Positions 10,295 to 20,090 of a stretch of DNA of 64,000 nt are shown here, piece after piece; the stretch's first letter is position 1, and each line of letters starts with the position of its first letter. The stretch comes from Candidatus Poriferihabitans sp. (GTDB lineage Bacteria; Pseudomonadota; Gammaproteobacteria; Arenicellales; Poriferihabitantaceae). Both the position numbers and the translations under genes were made by a program. The notes beneath the pieces are model-generated. The model was given only the letters and a program-made list of their open reading frames with translations. It ran no database searches and had not been told where the DNA came from. Location: contig OZ244855.1 of assembly GCA_965220975.1 (NCBI GenBank), forward strand, positions 976,967 to 1,040,966. Reading direction: 5' to 3'.

Positions 10295-12412
10295 ATGCGC
10301 TCAAAAATCAATCTGAGCAAGCTCCGTTACAACTATATTCCAGATCACATTCTGGGTGAAATCCTGACCAAACGGTGGGCAGATAACATCGTTCCAATTA
10401 CAGTGTTTGTGATTACTGTCGTGATATTAACAAACCTGATTCCGGGATTTCTGTCACCGCAAAGCTTGAGCGATGCTGGTCGGCAAATGGGGGAATTTCT
10501 GATTATCGTATGCGGCGTCTCTATCGTAATGATTGCCGGGGGTATTGACTTAAGCGTTGGTTCAATCTATGCGATTTGTGCATTAATTGCAGTAGCAGTA
10601 GTAAATCTTCTGGAATGGCCCGTTCCCGTAGCACTAATGATTTCCGTTCTAATCGGTGCCTTGTTTGGAGCAGTAAATGGATACTTAATCGGTTATCTAA
10701 AGCTTCGAGCCTTCCTGACTACCCTTATAACTTTCGTTATCGGGCGGGCCATCTACGACATTGCGCTGGATTATCTTGGAACTCCCATTCAGCTCTCATG
10801 GGTTGACTCTGCACTTTGGGATTTTATCGGCGATGGAACCGTCGGCCTGATTCCTGTCAGCTTTCTCTTTGCTGTAGTGGTGCTTGTGATTGCTCACATT
10901 TTTATCAGCCGCTCTCGACGAGGCTGGCATATCAGTGCAATTGGGGGTTCACGTCGTTCTGCATTCAATACCGGGATCGATGTAAAGAGAGTTGTTTGTT
11001 CAACCTACATCATTTCTGGCGCCTGTTGCGGCATTGCTGGCTTTCTGTTTGGAGCGCGGTTAAACGGAACGGGCCCCGGCACTGGAATCGGAATGGAAAT
11101 CCTGGTTCTTACTGCTTGTGTGGTTGGCGGCATCAGTCTGGGAGGAGGACGTGGCTCCATTGCGAAAGGCGTCCTTGGCGGCTTGATTGTTTTGACCATC
11201 AATAACAGTCTTATACGGATGGGCTATCACAGTGGTACCAATCAGATGGTTCTTGGAATTATGCTGACTCTCGCCGTGATTCTGGATATCCGCTGGCTTA
11301 GAAATCGCCATAAGGTTCTGGATAAGGTGTATGTTGCACCGGTTTATACATCCATGAATGAGCCCATCTCGGCTCTTCCCAAGGACCAGACAGCCTATGC
11401 GCTGAACTCTCGATTATCCGAAACGGAATTGATCGGAGCAGGTGAAGTTGAAGGACCAGAGGATGTTATTCTGGATAACGATGACCACCTGTATTGCGGG
11501 TCGAGACATGGTGATATTGTGCGGTTCTTCGCCCCGGATTACAAGGAATGGGAAGTCTTTGTTCATATTGGAGGATTTCCTCTCGGCCTTGCCTTTGATC
11601 AGCATCAAACCTTAATCATTTGTGTCGGTGCGATGGGGCTGTATTCGGTCACGCCGGACCGCAATATCGAAAGACTGAGCGCAGAAACCAATCGATCCTA
11701 TCTCTCGATCATTGATGATGCTCGATTACGAGACCCTAACGATCTGGACATCGGTTCGGATGGAAAAATTTACTTTACGGATTCAACCACTCGCTATGAT
11801 GCACATGAATGGGCGATTGACAGTGTCGAAAACCGCCCAACCGGCCGGGTATTGGTCTACGACCCGAAAACCAGGAAAACTCGAACTCTTCTGCGACGAC
11901 TGAATTATCCCAACGGGGTATGCATGGCTCATGATGGAGAATCATTTTTCTTTGCCGAATCTTGGGAGTGTCGGGTCAATCGATACTGGTATCGTGGCGC
12001 ACGAAAAGGCCAACTCGCAACAGTGATCCGAGATATGCCTGGATATCCAGACAATATTAATCGCGCATCTGACGGCTGCTATTGGATGGCTTGGCTTGGG
12101 ATGCGTACTCCCACTTATGACTTAATGCTAAAAATGCCCGGGACTCGGAGACGAATGACGCGTCAATTACCTCAGGATGACTGGCTATTTCCAAATATCA
12201 ATACTGGAGGAATCGTAAAGTTTGATGAACAAGGAAACATTCTTGAAGTTCTCGGTGATCTGGGGGGCAAGCATCATCCTATGGTTACCTCAATGCGCGA
12301 ACATAAAGGATATCTGTATGTTGGTGGCATCCTAAACAATCGAATCGGCAAATACAAACTGCATAAAGCGGATCAAAGCTGGACCAGTAATGAATCATAT
12401 TGGGGTAACTGA
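10295..12412 (+). CDS. Fusion protein: ribose-type ABC permease (N-terminal about 340 aa) plus strictosidine-synthase-like/SMP-30-like beta-propeller (C-terminal about 350 aa)
   Basis: 707-aa ORF. The permease part has AGGIDLSVGSIYA and VVGGISLGGGRGS. The C-terminal part has GKIYFTDSTTRYD, GRVLVYDPKTRKTRTLL, NYPNGVCMAHDG, MPGYPDNINRASDGCYWMAW. These are Str_synth-type motifs recalled from memory. Confidence 0.7.
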   Translation: MRSKINLSKLRYNYIPDHILGEILTKRWADNIVPITVFVITVVILTNLIPGFLSPQSLSDAGRQMGEFLIIVCGVSIVMIAGGIDLSVGSIYAICALIAVAVVNLLEWPVPVALMISVLIGALFGAVNGYLIGYLKLRAFLTTLITFVIGRAIYDIALDYLGTPIQLSWVDSALWDFIGDGTVGLIPVSFLFAVVVLVIAHIFISRSRRGWHISAIGGSRRSAFNTGIDVKRVVCSTYIISGACCGIAGFLFGARLNGTGPGTGIGMEILVLTACVVGGISLGGGRGSIAKGVLGGLIVLTINNSLIRMGYHSGTNQMVLGIMLTLAVILDIRWLRNRHKVLDKVYVAPVYTSMNEPISALPKDQTAYALNSRLSETELIGAGEVEGPEDVILDNDDHLYCGSRHGDIVRFFAPDYKEWEVFVHIGGFPLGLAFDQHQTLIICVGAMGLYSVTPDRNIERLSAETNRSYLSIIDDARLRDPNDLDIGSDGKIYFTDSTTRYDAHEWAIDSVENRPTGRVLVYDPKTRKTRTLLRRLNYPNGVCMAHDGESFFFAESWECRVNRYWYRGARKGQLATVIRDMPGYPDNINRASDGCYWMAWLGMRTPTYDLMLKMPGTRRRMTRQLPQDDWLFPNINTGGIVKFDEQGNILEVLGDLGGKHHPMVTSMREHKGYLYVGGILNNRIGKYKLHKADQSWTSNESYWGN

Positions 12413-12414
12413 GG

Positions 12415-13524
12415 TTGTTTGTAGACGAATTTGTTGATCGTTGTCTAGAACGAATCCGTACCAAGGCGATCGTCGTGCCTCCTCTGGATGGCGCGATGCG
12501 ACCAAATAATGCTTTGGATGAGTGTGATGTCATTTACAGCGAAATCGATCAACCTGATAACCTAATCGCTGTCAGTCAGGAACTGTGGTTTTCTTCATTG
12601 AATCGATTGTTCAAACTGAATCCGGAAACTGGTTTTGATGTTCAACTGATCACGGAGTTCGAGTCGAGTATTACATGTATAGCGCTTAGTACTGACCAAG
12701 GTATTGCAATCGCACTTGAAGATGGCAGACTGTTAACTGGAGAGATAAAAAATCAGGATCTTGCGAGCCTTGTGGAGCAGGAACACCTAAAATGCCCGAC
12801 GGCCATGACATTCACCCAAGATGGTCGATTGCTAATTTGCCAGGGCTCCAAAAATATCGACAGGCCGTCAGACATGACGCGAGATTTGCTGCAACATGGC
12901 CGATCTGGATCGATATGGACATACGATTTTGAAACAGGAAAGCGATCCTGCATCTTTCAGGATTTGTGTTATCCATTCGGTATCGTTGCGCTTTCAAACA
13001 GTGACGAGATTTTGGTTTCAGAGTGCTGGAAACATCGAATTCTCAAGTTTTCTTTGCAAAGCACTGATAAGCCAGAATCCGTTTTCAGTGATATTCCGGG
13101 CTATCCAGCCCGAATCATTGAACTTGCCAACTCCGAGTTGATGTTATGTCTTTTTGCGCCGCGAAATCGACTGATTGAATTTGTATTGCGCGAGCATGAA
13201 TTTTGCAGGCAAATGGTTGACACTATCGACCCCGAATACTGGATTGCACCGACTCTAAGGAGCACTCATCGTTTTTTGGCGCCGTTACAGAAAGGAGGTG
13301 TCAAAGTCATGAGCATTCACAAACCATGGGCTCCAACCTTATCGTATGGAATGATGGTTCGGCTGGATCAAAGCCAGTCTCCTGTCGAAAGTTATCATAG
13401 TCGCGCAAATGGCCATCGTCATGGGATAACCAGTTGCTGTCAAATCGGGAATCGAATATTTGCAACCTCCAAGGGTAATGACTGCATCGTGGAGTTGACT
13501 GTTCGCTCTGTAGAATTATCATGA
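12415..13524 (+). CDS. Second strictosidine-synthase/SMP-30-like beta-propeller protein
   Basis: 369 aa (TTG start in the track; the true start is uncertain). Motifs are DGRLLICQGS, ILVSECWKHRILKFSL, IPGYPARIIEL. Its stop overlaps the ATPase start. Confidence 0.5.
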   Translation: MFVDEFVDRCLERIRTKAIVVPPLDGAMRPNNALDECDVIYSEIDQPDNLIAVSQELWFSSLNRLFKLNPETGFDVQLITEFESSITCIALSTDQGIAIALEDGRLLTGEIKNQDLASLVEQEHLKCPTAMTFTQDGRLLICQGSKNIDRPSDMTRDLLQHGRSGSIWTYDFETGKRSCIFQDLCYPFGIVALSNSDEILVSECWKHRILKFSLQSTDKPESVFSDIPGYPARIIELANSELMLCLFAPRNRLIEFVLREHEFCRQMVDTIDPEYWIAPTLRSTHRFLAPLQKGGVKVMSIHKPWAPTLSYGMMVRLDQSQSPVESYHSRANGHRHGITSCCQIGNRIFATSKGNDCIVELTVRSVELS

Positions 13525-15017
13525 CTACCGTATTGAGAATGGAGGGAATCTCCAAGGAATATCGAGGGGTCAAGGCGGTACAGAATGTCGATTTTGATCT
13601 GGAGTCGGGAGAGCTGCATTCTATTCTTGGTGAAAACGGGGCCGGCAAGTCTACCCTGACCAAATTAATGGCAGGAGTGATTGAGCCATCAAGCGGGGAA
13701 ATCTTTGTTAATGATCAGAAGGTCAAATTTCAGAGTCCGTCCGAGGCTCTGGACATGGGAATTGCCATGGTTTTTCAGGAAACCAGTTTGGTGCCATCCA
13801 TGACCGTTGCCCAGAACCTCTTTTTGGGGAACGAAAATTTTTTAAACAGTCTGAGACGGATCAATATCCGGGCTCAGCAGTTCCTGCAGTCCTTGAACTT
13901 TACGGTCAGTCCGACTGCATTGGTGATGTCTCTAGGAGCGGCACAGCGGCAGATGCTGGAGATTGCAAGGGCGGTCAGGCTGAATGCCAATATCCTGATC
14001 TTTGATGAACCGACCGCTTCACTTACCCCCGAAGAAAAGAAACACCTGTTTTCATTAATTCAACGCTTGCGTGAAAGCGGTGTTTCGGTAATTTTTATAT
14101 CTCATGCGCTTGAAGAGTCATTGCAAATAAGTGATCGAATCACTGTATTACGAGATGGTGAAAAAATCATGACAAAATCTACCAGCGATCTAGATCGCAA
14201 CAAGGTGGTTCAAGCGATGATCGGTCGTAGCTTGTCCTATTCAATTGGGCATGCTCGAAAGCAGCAGGAAATTCGTCCATCCGGAAAGAAAATTTTAAGT
14301 GTTCAGGGGTTGTCGATGGGCACTCTTGTCAAGAACAATTCTTTTTCGGTATTTTCTGGGCAAGTAACGACTATTTTTGGTTTGGTGGGTTCGGGGAGAA
14401 CGGAAACTGCGAAGATCATATCCGGGATTTACAAACGTGATTTTGCTCGAGGAGGGCAGGTTGACTTTCATGGACGATCTACACGTTATCGCGTTCCAAG
14501 CAAGGCTGTTGCTGATGGCATTGTGTATGTGACCGAAGATAGAAAAAATGAAGGATTTTTCGACAAGATGACAGTTGGCGAGAACTTTTATTCCGGCTAT
14601 CTTTCGTCAAAAACCCACAATGGATTTTCCGTTAGCATGCGCGAGATGCGAGATATATCCAAATTATGGATTGAAAAGGTCTCAATAAAGGCAATCAACG
14701 ATAATGCGAATGTTGTTGAATTATCGGGCGGGAATCAGCAAAAGACGGTTATTGGAAAGACTTTGATTCAGAAGCCCGAGCTCTGTTTTTTTGACGAGCC
14801 GACCCGAGGGGTTGATGTCTCTGCAATCGATGAAATCCACGAATTGATAGGTGATCTTGCCGATTCGGGGTTGGCGGTCATAGTAATTTCATCCTATTTG
14901 CCAGAGGTTCGAAAAATTTCAGATCGAATTCTGGTATGCAGACAGGGGAGGATTGTCGAAGAATTTTCACCGACTAATGTTTCAGACAAGGATATCATGT
15001 TTGCAGCTGTCCACTAA
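13521..15017 (+). CDS. Sugar ABC transporter ATP-binding protein, duplicated ATPase (RbsA-like)
   Basis: 498 aa. Walker A is GENGAGKST. Signature motifs are SLGAAQRQ and LSGGNQQK. Walker B motifs are ILIFDEPT and LCFFDEPT. ATGA start/stop overlap with the upstream gene. Confidence 0.85.
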   Translation: MTTVLRMEGISKEYRGVKAVQNVDFDLESGELHSILGENGAGKSTLTKLMAGVIEPSSGEIFVNDQKVKFQSPSEALDMGIAMVFQETSLVPSMTVAQNLFLGNENFLNSLRRINIRAQQFLQSLNFTVSPTALVMSLGAAQRQMLEIARAVRLNANILIFDEPTASLTPEEKKHLFSLIQRLRESGVSVIFISHALEESLQISDRITVLRDGEKIMTKSTSDLDRNKVVQAMIGRSLSYSIGHARKQQEIRPSGKKILSVQGLSMGTLVKNNSFSVFSGQVTTIFGLVGSGRTETAKIISGIYKRDFARGGQVDFHGRSTRYRVPSKAVADGIVYVTEDRKNEGFFDKMTVGENFYSGYLSSKTHNGFSVSMREMRDISKLWIEKVSIKAINDNANVVELSGGNQQKTVIGKTLIQKPELCFFDEPTRGVDVSAIDEIHELIGDLADSGLAVIVISSYLPEVRKISDRILVCRQGRIVEEFSPTNVSDKDIMFAAVH

Positions 15018-15187
15018 TTTTGTTCATTTCCATCCCATGAGTTACGTTGTCGCAAACATATCACAACAGTGATACTGCATTTTGGTTTTCGAACATTGAT
15101 TTAATTGTCATTCGGAAAAGTCAAATTGATGCCGAACCCGGTGCTGGGACGTTCATCCGACTAATCGATTCTATCGCCGTGAGCTTG

Positions 15188-15256
15188 ATAGTTAATCCGG
15201 CTACGCCGCTTTTTTCAACCCCCTTCCGCCCCACGCACTACTTTCGACCATAACTC
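15188..15256 (+). repeat. Solo copy of an IS256-family terminal sequence (about 69 bp)
   Basis: ATAGTTAATCCGGCTACGCCGCTTTTTTCAACCCCCTTCCGCCCCACGCACTACTTTCGACCATAACTC. About 90% identical by eye and in the same orientation as 50733..50810, the outer end of the mini-IS256 element. Confidence 0.8.
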
Positions 15257-15374
15257 CAGTATGCAGCATCTCGGAATTTAATTCGGATTGAACAAATAGA
15301 AGCCATCATGTCCGTTTGACTCACAACTCTTGCGACGAAATTTTCTAACGATGGTATTTTTCATGGATATCATC

Positions 15375-18266
15375 TTATTTGCGCAGCAAAGACGCCCATT
15401 CTTTTAAAGTCTGTTTGTTGTCGAGAAGTTCATTTTCCAAGAACTTTTGTATTTTCGCTGTGAGTTCTTCTAATCTCCCAAACTGATTGGAAAAATAGAA
15501 TGCATCGGTTATTTCAACAAAGTCATGATTGAATAAGGATTCGGGCTCCAGCAAATCGTATATCCTTACCCATTTCTGTTCAACTTTGACGCTTAACTCA
15601 GGATTAAGCACATAATAACCCCTAGTTAATCTTTTGAAGATTCGACGGTTGTTGCTGGTGTCCCGGTTCATTTCGTTTCGAGCAAGAACTGATGAGATGT
15701 ACCGACGCTGTTTGCGAAAATTTGGCACGATTGAATCAGGAAAGCTTTCGAGTACATTTTCTAGTTGAGCTGCCGTGATTCCAAGCTTGTTTCTATGCAC
15801 ATTTAATTCCTGCTGCGTATCGATATTAAATATTGCCATGAACAGATTGAAAAACAAAAACTCGGCTTTGTGACTATCCAATTTCGTCAGTCGACCACCG
15901 ACCATGACCGACACGTCCTTTGGACAAATTTTTGCACAAATTCTTGTTGTTGTCTTTTCTGCATATGTTTTATCAATTCGAGCTTGCTGCAGCATGATCT
16001 GATAGGCAGTCAGGCCGGCGCAATTGACCAGGTCAAGTTTTGCATTCATTTGCGTGAGCATCTGCACGCCATTCTCACTTCCAAAGCGTGTAGCAAGCAT
16101 AAGTGGGGTAAAGTTAAATCGATCCCGATGATCTACTCCATATTGCCCAACTAGTCTCTCAATACCTCTTGCATTTTTAAATGAATAGGCCCCATAGTGG
16201 TTATCGATGAGTTTCTTGATTCCGATATCAAAATTATTTCTTGCAGGTTTGAAATGGTTAAATTTCAGCAAGTTTAAACGTGCATAATCACAACTTAGAA
16301 GGGCATACTCGTAAAGATAAAGCATGCTCTTTCGATCTGCATCGTGAGTATAAATTCGATTGCTAATTTCATTTAGCACCACTCTGTCCACAGGGTTCCA
16401 AGGAACGGGCTGTACTCCAAGAATCCGCTTACGGATATCTTCCGCTTGTGTTGCTTTGCCTTGCCGTTCCAGTTTTTGCGCTTCCTGATTCCATTCAGCA
16501 AGACTCGATTTCTGGTTTTCAATTTGAAATTCCCCGGAAAACAGTTGAATGTCCATCAAGTTATAGATTGGTTGATTGGGTTTTGGCTCAACCAGATAGA
16601 TCGTACGTATCGCTCGGGTAACCGCAACATACAAGGCATTTATATGAAATTTGTAAATCTCGAGGGACTTGTCTGTTTTATCTTTTGCCCGTGCATATTT
16701 CAATTCTCCAGAACGAACCTGCTCTGGATCGACATCTTTTGCTATTTCCCGAAATCTTTTCTCATCCTCCGAAACAAATCCGTAGAGAACAATATTTTCA
16801 TACTCCAGGCCTTTTATCTCCTGGACTGAAAAGATCAAAGGTGTTCGAAATTTCTCCTGGGCAATTTTCTTATCTTCTGGATTGAGAACAATCACTGCAT
16901 GTCGAGTCGATCCATGCGTTTTGCCATCGAGTTCATTGGTCACTTCAGGCACATCAGACAGTAATATCACGTTACCATCATCGAGAGAATTGCTCGTGAC
17001 CAGATGATTGCTCTCCCTGTCTACAGAGCCAAAACGCGCATGCTTCAAACGCAAAATTCGATTTGCCATTTCAGTGACTTGTCTTGAATTCCGGTAGTTT
17101 GTGCTAAGTATTCGGATTAAATCTGCAGGACTTTCAAAATCAGTGCTGGTGGTTTGACTGGTTTTTTCGTACAGGTGAGATTTAAGTCCAGACCAGGAAA
17201 AGAAATTTGGGTGAACGATCTGGTTCGAATCTCCGCTCAAGACAAATTCACGAGCGTTTTTCAGACCACGAAAAATGAGCTCCAGCTGAACATTTGTGAA
17301 GTCCTGGACCTCATCAATAATAATGAAGTCCCATTCCGGTTTGACTAGTGCCTGATACTCGTAACTGATTATATTAATATCATGAAAACCCGAATCTTGA
17401 AGAAACTGCAGATATTTCTGAAACAGATCGTAAACTCGATCACGCACTTCCACTGGATATATCGACTGACGAACTCCAAGGCTTACATAGCCTTCGCGGC
17501 TTAAATAAGCGGCACTTCCAGTACCTGTAATCACGCCATTGAATTCTTCGTACAATTGGTAAGCATCCTTGAATCCTGCTGCTCTGGAATGTCTTGCAAA
17601 CCAAGATTCGAAATCTGTGAATCCGACTTCTCGTGTTTGAGGCACCCGGATCGATTCAAGAAATTCAGCATAGGACAGAAAACTGGCTTCCTGATCCTCG
17701 TTTTCATAATTTAGCCCGTAATATGATTCGCTGGATTTGTCAACGAGATAAGGTGAACGTGTAACATACAGAACATCGCCTTCGGCTTGCTTAAGTTTCT
17801 CAAGTGTCAGTACGGTTTTACCGCTACCTGCAGAACCAATAATTATGAAAGGAGGCTTTAAGTTGTAGGTCTCATGTTGATTGTCATCGAAAAAAATAAT
17901 CTTATCGAGAACATTGAATGTATTATGTGCTTCATTCACATAAACAAGCTTCTCTGACTCTTTCGATGAATCCGCATCCGCTATGGGTAATGCCGTTTCG
18001 TCAATTTGAACACCGCGCGCAAGGAAGCGTGACTTCTCATAATTATGATTGGGAATAAATTCCAAGATCAGGATATATGACTGCTGATTGTGGCGAGCGA
18101 ACGAAAATAAAAGTCGATTAGTTCTATCGAGTCGTGCGCGAAACAAGTTTTTTCCAACCTTGCGTACATCCGCAGACTGATAATCTCCAGCTTCAAGCTG
18201 GGCCTTAATCTTTGTGAAATTTGGAATTTTCTGTGCGTCTAGGTTTTGATAAAGTAGTGTTTTCAA
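15375..18266 (-). CDS. SF1 (UvrD/Rep-like) helicase with RelE/ParE-like N-terminal domain and C-terminal ankyrin-repeat region
   Basis: 963 aa, TTG start. Walker A is IIIGSAGSGKT and motif II is FIIIDEVQDF. Further helicase motifs are STNYRNS and LYVAVTRAIRTIYLV. The N-terminus reads VRKVGKNLFRARLDRTNRLLFSFARHNQQSYILILEFIPNHNYEKS. The ANK-like stretch is FNFTPLMLATRFGSENGVQMLTQMNAKLDLVNCAGLTAYQIM. Confidence 0.75.
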   Translation of the reverse strand: MKTLLYQNLDAQKIPNFTKIKAQLEAGDYQSADVRKVGKNLFRARLDRTNRLLFSFARHNQQSYILILEFIPNHNYEKSRFLARGVQIDETALPIADADSSKESEKLVYVNEAHNTFNVLDKIIFFDDNQHETYNLKPPFIIIGSAGSGKTVLTLEKLKQAEGDVLYVTRSPYLVDKSSESYYGLNYENEDQEASFLSYAEFLESIRVPQTREVGFTDFESWFARHSRAAGFKDAYQLYEEFNGVITGTGSAAYLSREGYVSLGVRQSIYPVEVRDRVYDLFQKYLQFLQDSGFHDINIISYEYQALVKPEWDFIIIDEVQDFTNVQLELIFRGLKNAREFVLSGDSNQIVHPNFFSWSGLKSHLYEKTSQTTSTDFESPADLIRILSTNYRNSRQVTEMANRILRLKHARFGSVDRESNHLVTSNSLDDGNVILLSDVPEVTNELDGKTHGSTRHAVIVLNPEDKKIAQEKFRTPLIFSVQEIKGLEYENIVLYGFVSEDEKRFREIAKDVDPEQVRSGELKYARAKDKTDKSLEIYKFHINALYVAVTRAIRTIYLVEPKPNQPIYNLMDIQLFSGEFQIENQKSSLAEWNQEAQKLERQGKATQAEDIRKRILGVQPVPWNPVDRVVLNEISNRIYTHDADRKSMLYLYEYALLSCDYARLNLLKFNHFKPARNNFDIGIKKLIDNHYGAYSFKNARGIERLVGQYGVDHRDRFNFTPLMLATRFGSENGVQMLTQMNAKLDLVNCAGLTAYQIMLQQARIDKTYAEKTTTRICAKICPKDVSVMVGGRLTKLDSHKAEFLFFNLFMAIFNIDTQQELNVHRNKLGITAAQLENVLESFPDSIVPNFRKQRRYISSVLARNEMNRDTSNNRRIFKRLTRGYYVLNPELSVKVEQKWVRIYDLLEPESLFNHDFVEITDAFYFSNQFGRLEELTAKIQKFLENELLDNKQTLKEWASLLRK

Positions 18267-18744
18267 GGCAACAATCTGCAGTTCTTATAATAGGGTTGAT
18301 TGAGTTACTTGCATGGTAATTTCATCCAGGGCAAGATCATTCGCGATCAATTTCGCCAGTTGCTTTTGTCGTCATGGACGACAATATTCGGGATCAGTTT
18401 CTTCAGGTTTATTCTATCGACTTGATGCATGAATTGTCCAGATTCCAGCCAACACATGTTATCGAGGTGAGTTGAAGCCGCAGTCAATAGAAACATTGAT
18501 AAATCATTTTAATCTCATATGTATACTGATGATATCGAGAGTGTTAGTGAACAGATACTCATGTCAATTGTTTCGATTCATTTTATTGTATCAAATGCAG
18601 AATCTCCCTGATCACTCACGAATTCGAGTAACAGGAAAAAGAATGAGGCGTGATCAGTTCGTTGATTTCATCGTCTCCTGATCCTCTAATTTTATGTGTT
18701 GCTCAAATAAATTTCCAAGATGGTGGGATTGGTAAACTATGTGG

Positions 18745-19989
18745 TTACAAATCTTCAATGAAATCAGCACCGATCTTTTGATTGTCAGAAGGCAGGATAC
18801 TTTGGCACATCTCGAGATGAAGTCGTCCACCCGGGGTATAAGGGTGAGCTTCAATAACATCCACATCCATCTCTATACCTAGCCCAGGCTCCAATGGTGC
18901 AATAATGTATCCGTCTTCCCACTCGGGTTGTCGGGTCAAAACCCGATGATGGAAATCTGTCTGTATTGTCTCAAGGATCAGAAATGCTGGACAACTAATC
19001 GCAACGTGTACAGCAGCCGCATGAGCAATTGGACCACAATAGATATGCGGCGCAATTTGCGCATTGAAAACTTCACAAAGCATGGCTATTTTTTTGGTTT
19101 CCCAGATTCCACCGCTACGACCAATATCCGGCTGGAGTATGGATACTCCCGCATTCAAGCATTGGTAAAACTCCTGTTTGGTAGTTAATCGCTCACCAGT
19201 AGCAATGGGTATTGATGTTGATTCGGCAATCCTACGGAAAGTATTCATTTGATCTGGAGGGCAGGGCTCTTCGATCCACAATGGATCATACGGTTCCAAA
19301 CGCTTTGCAAGGCGTATGGCAGAAGATGTCGTCATCTGCCCATGTGTTCCAAATAGAATATCGGCTTGATTTCCAACAGCTTCACGAATAGTTCGAACAT
19401 TTTCTTCGCAACGGCTTAACTCGTAGAGAGATAATTCTCGGCCTCCTTGAATGCCATAGGGACCTGCAGGATCCTGCTTGATGGCAGTAAATCCGGAGTT
19501 TACGTATTCCAAGGCCCGTTTTGCAGCTGCTTCCGGGTTGTGATACACATCGTCTTCATAATTCAGAGTATTCCCATGTTTGTCTGCATGTTTGGGATAG
19601 AGGTAGGTGTAGGTTCTTAACTTTTCATGACACATGCCTCCCAGCAGGTTGTAGATTGGCTGGTCGAGAGCTTTTCCTACAATATCCCAAATTGCAATTT
19701 CCATACCGCTAAAAACACCCATCATGGTGATGTCCGGTCGTTGCGTGAATCCAGCTGAATAAACCCGGCGAAATAGCAATTCAATATTGAATGGACTCTC
19801 GCCTTCCAGATATCGGGCAAAGGTATCTTCAACCATTTGGCAAGCAATATTTCCGGATACGGGAATTCCGTAACATTCTCCAAGACCGGAAATGCCGTTA
19901 TCAGTTGTGATTCTTACAATTACCCAAAATGAACCGCCAATACCTGTTGGTGGAACTGTTATCCATGTTTCGATATCCTTCAGTTTCAT
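18745..19989 (-). CDS. Enolase-superfamily (mandelate racemase/muconate lactonizing) acid-sugar dehydratase-like enzyme
   Basis: ORF 18745..20034; the likely start is MKLKDIE at 19989. Motifs: ITTDNGISGLGECYG, MEIAIWDIVGKALDQPIYNLLGG, LWIEEPCPPD. Confidence 0.7.
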   Translation of the reverse strand: MKLKDIETWITVPPTGIGGSFWVIVRITTDNGISGLGECYGIPVSGNIACQMVEDTFARYLEGESPFNIELLFRRVYSAGFTQRPDITMMGVFSGMEIAIWDIVGKALDQPIYNLLGGMCHEKLRTYTYLYPKHADKHGNTLNYEDDVYHNPEAAAKRALEYVNSGFTAIKQDPAGPYGIQGGRELSLYELSRCEENVRTIREAVGNQADILFGTHGQMTTSSAIRLAKRLEPYDPLWIEEPCPPDQMNTFRRIAESTSIPIATGERLTTKQEFYQCLNAGVSILQPDIGRSGGIWETKKIAMLCEVFNAQIAPHIYCGPIAHAAAVHVAISCPAFLILETIQTDFHHRVLTRQPEWEDGYIIAPLEPGLGIEMDVDVIEAHPYTPGGRLHLEMCQSILPSDNQKIGADFIEDL

Positions 19990-20090
19990 GTTTTGTAATT
20001 TGCGATTGACAAACAGCAAAGATAACACGATCATGCGGAAAAAGAAGCGGCTAGTTCAACCAATTCTGATCGGATAATGGCAAATTTGAC

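Noticed and set aside
15047-15253. A 68-aa ORF lies downstream of the ABC ATPase gene.
   Set aside because: Its 3-prime half is the solo IS256 terminal sequence. It has no ribosome-binding site or motif and is a spurious reading frame.
18267-18744. Tiny ORFs (for example a 27-aa ORF at 18347..18430-) upstream of the helicase gene could be a cognate antitoxin or leader peptide.
   Set aside because: They are too short, have no ribosome-binding site or motif, and I have no conservation information to support them.
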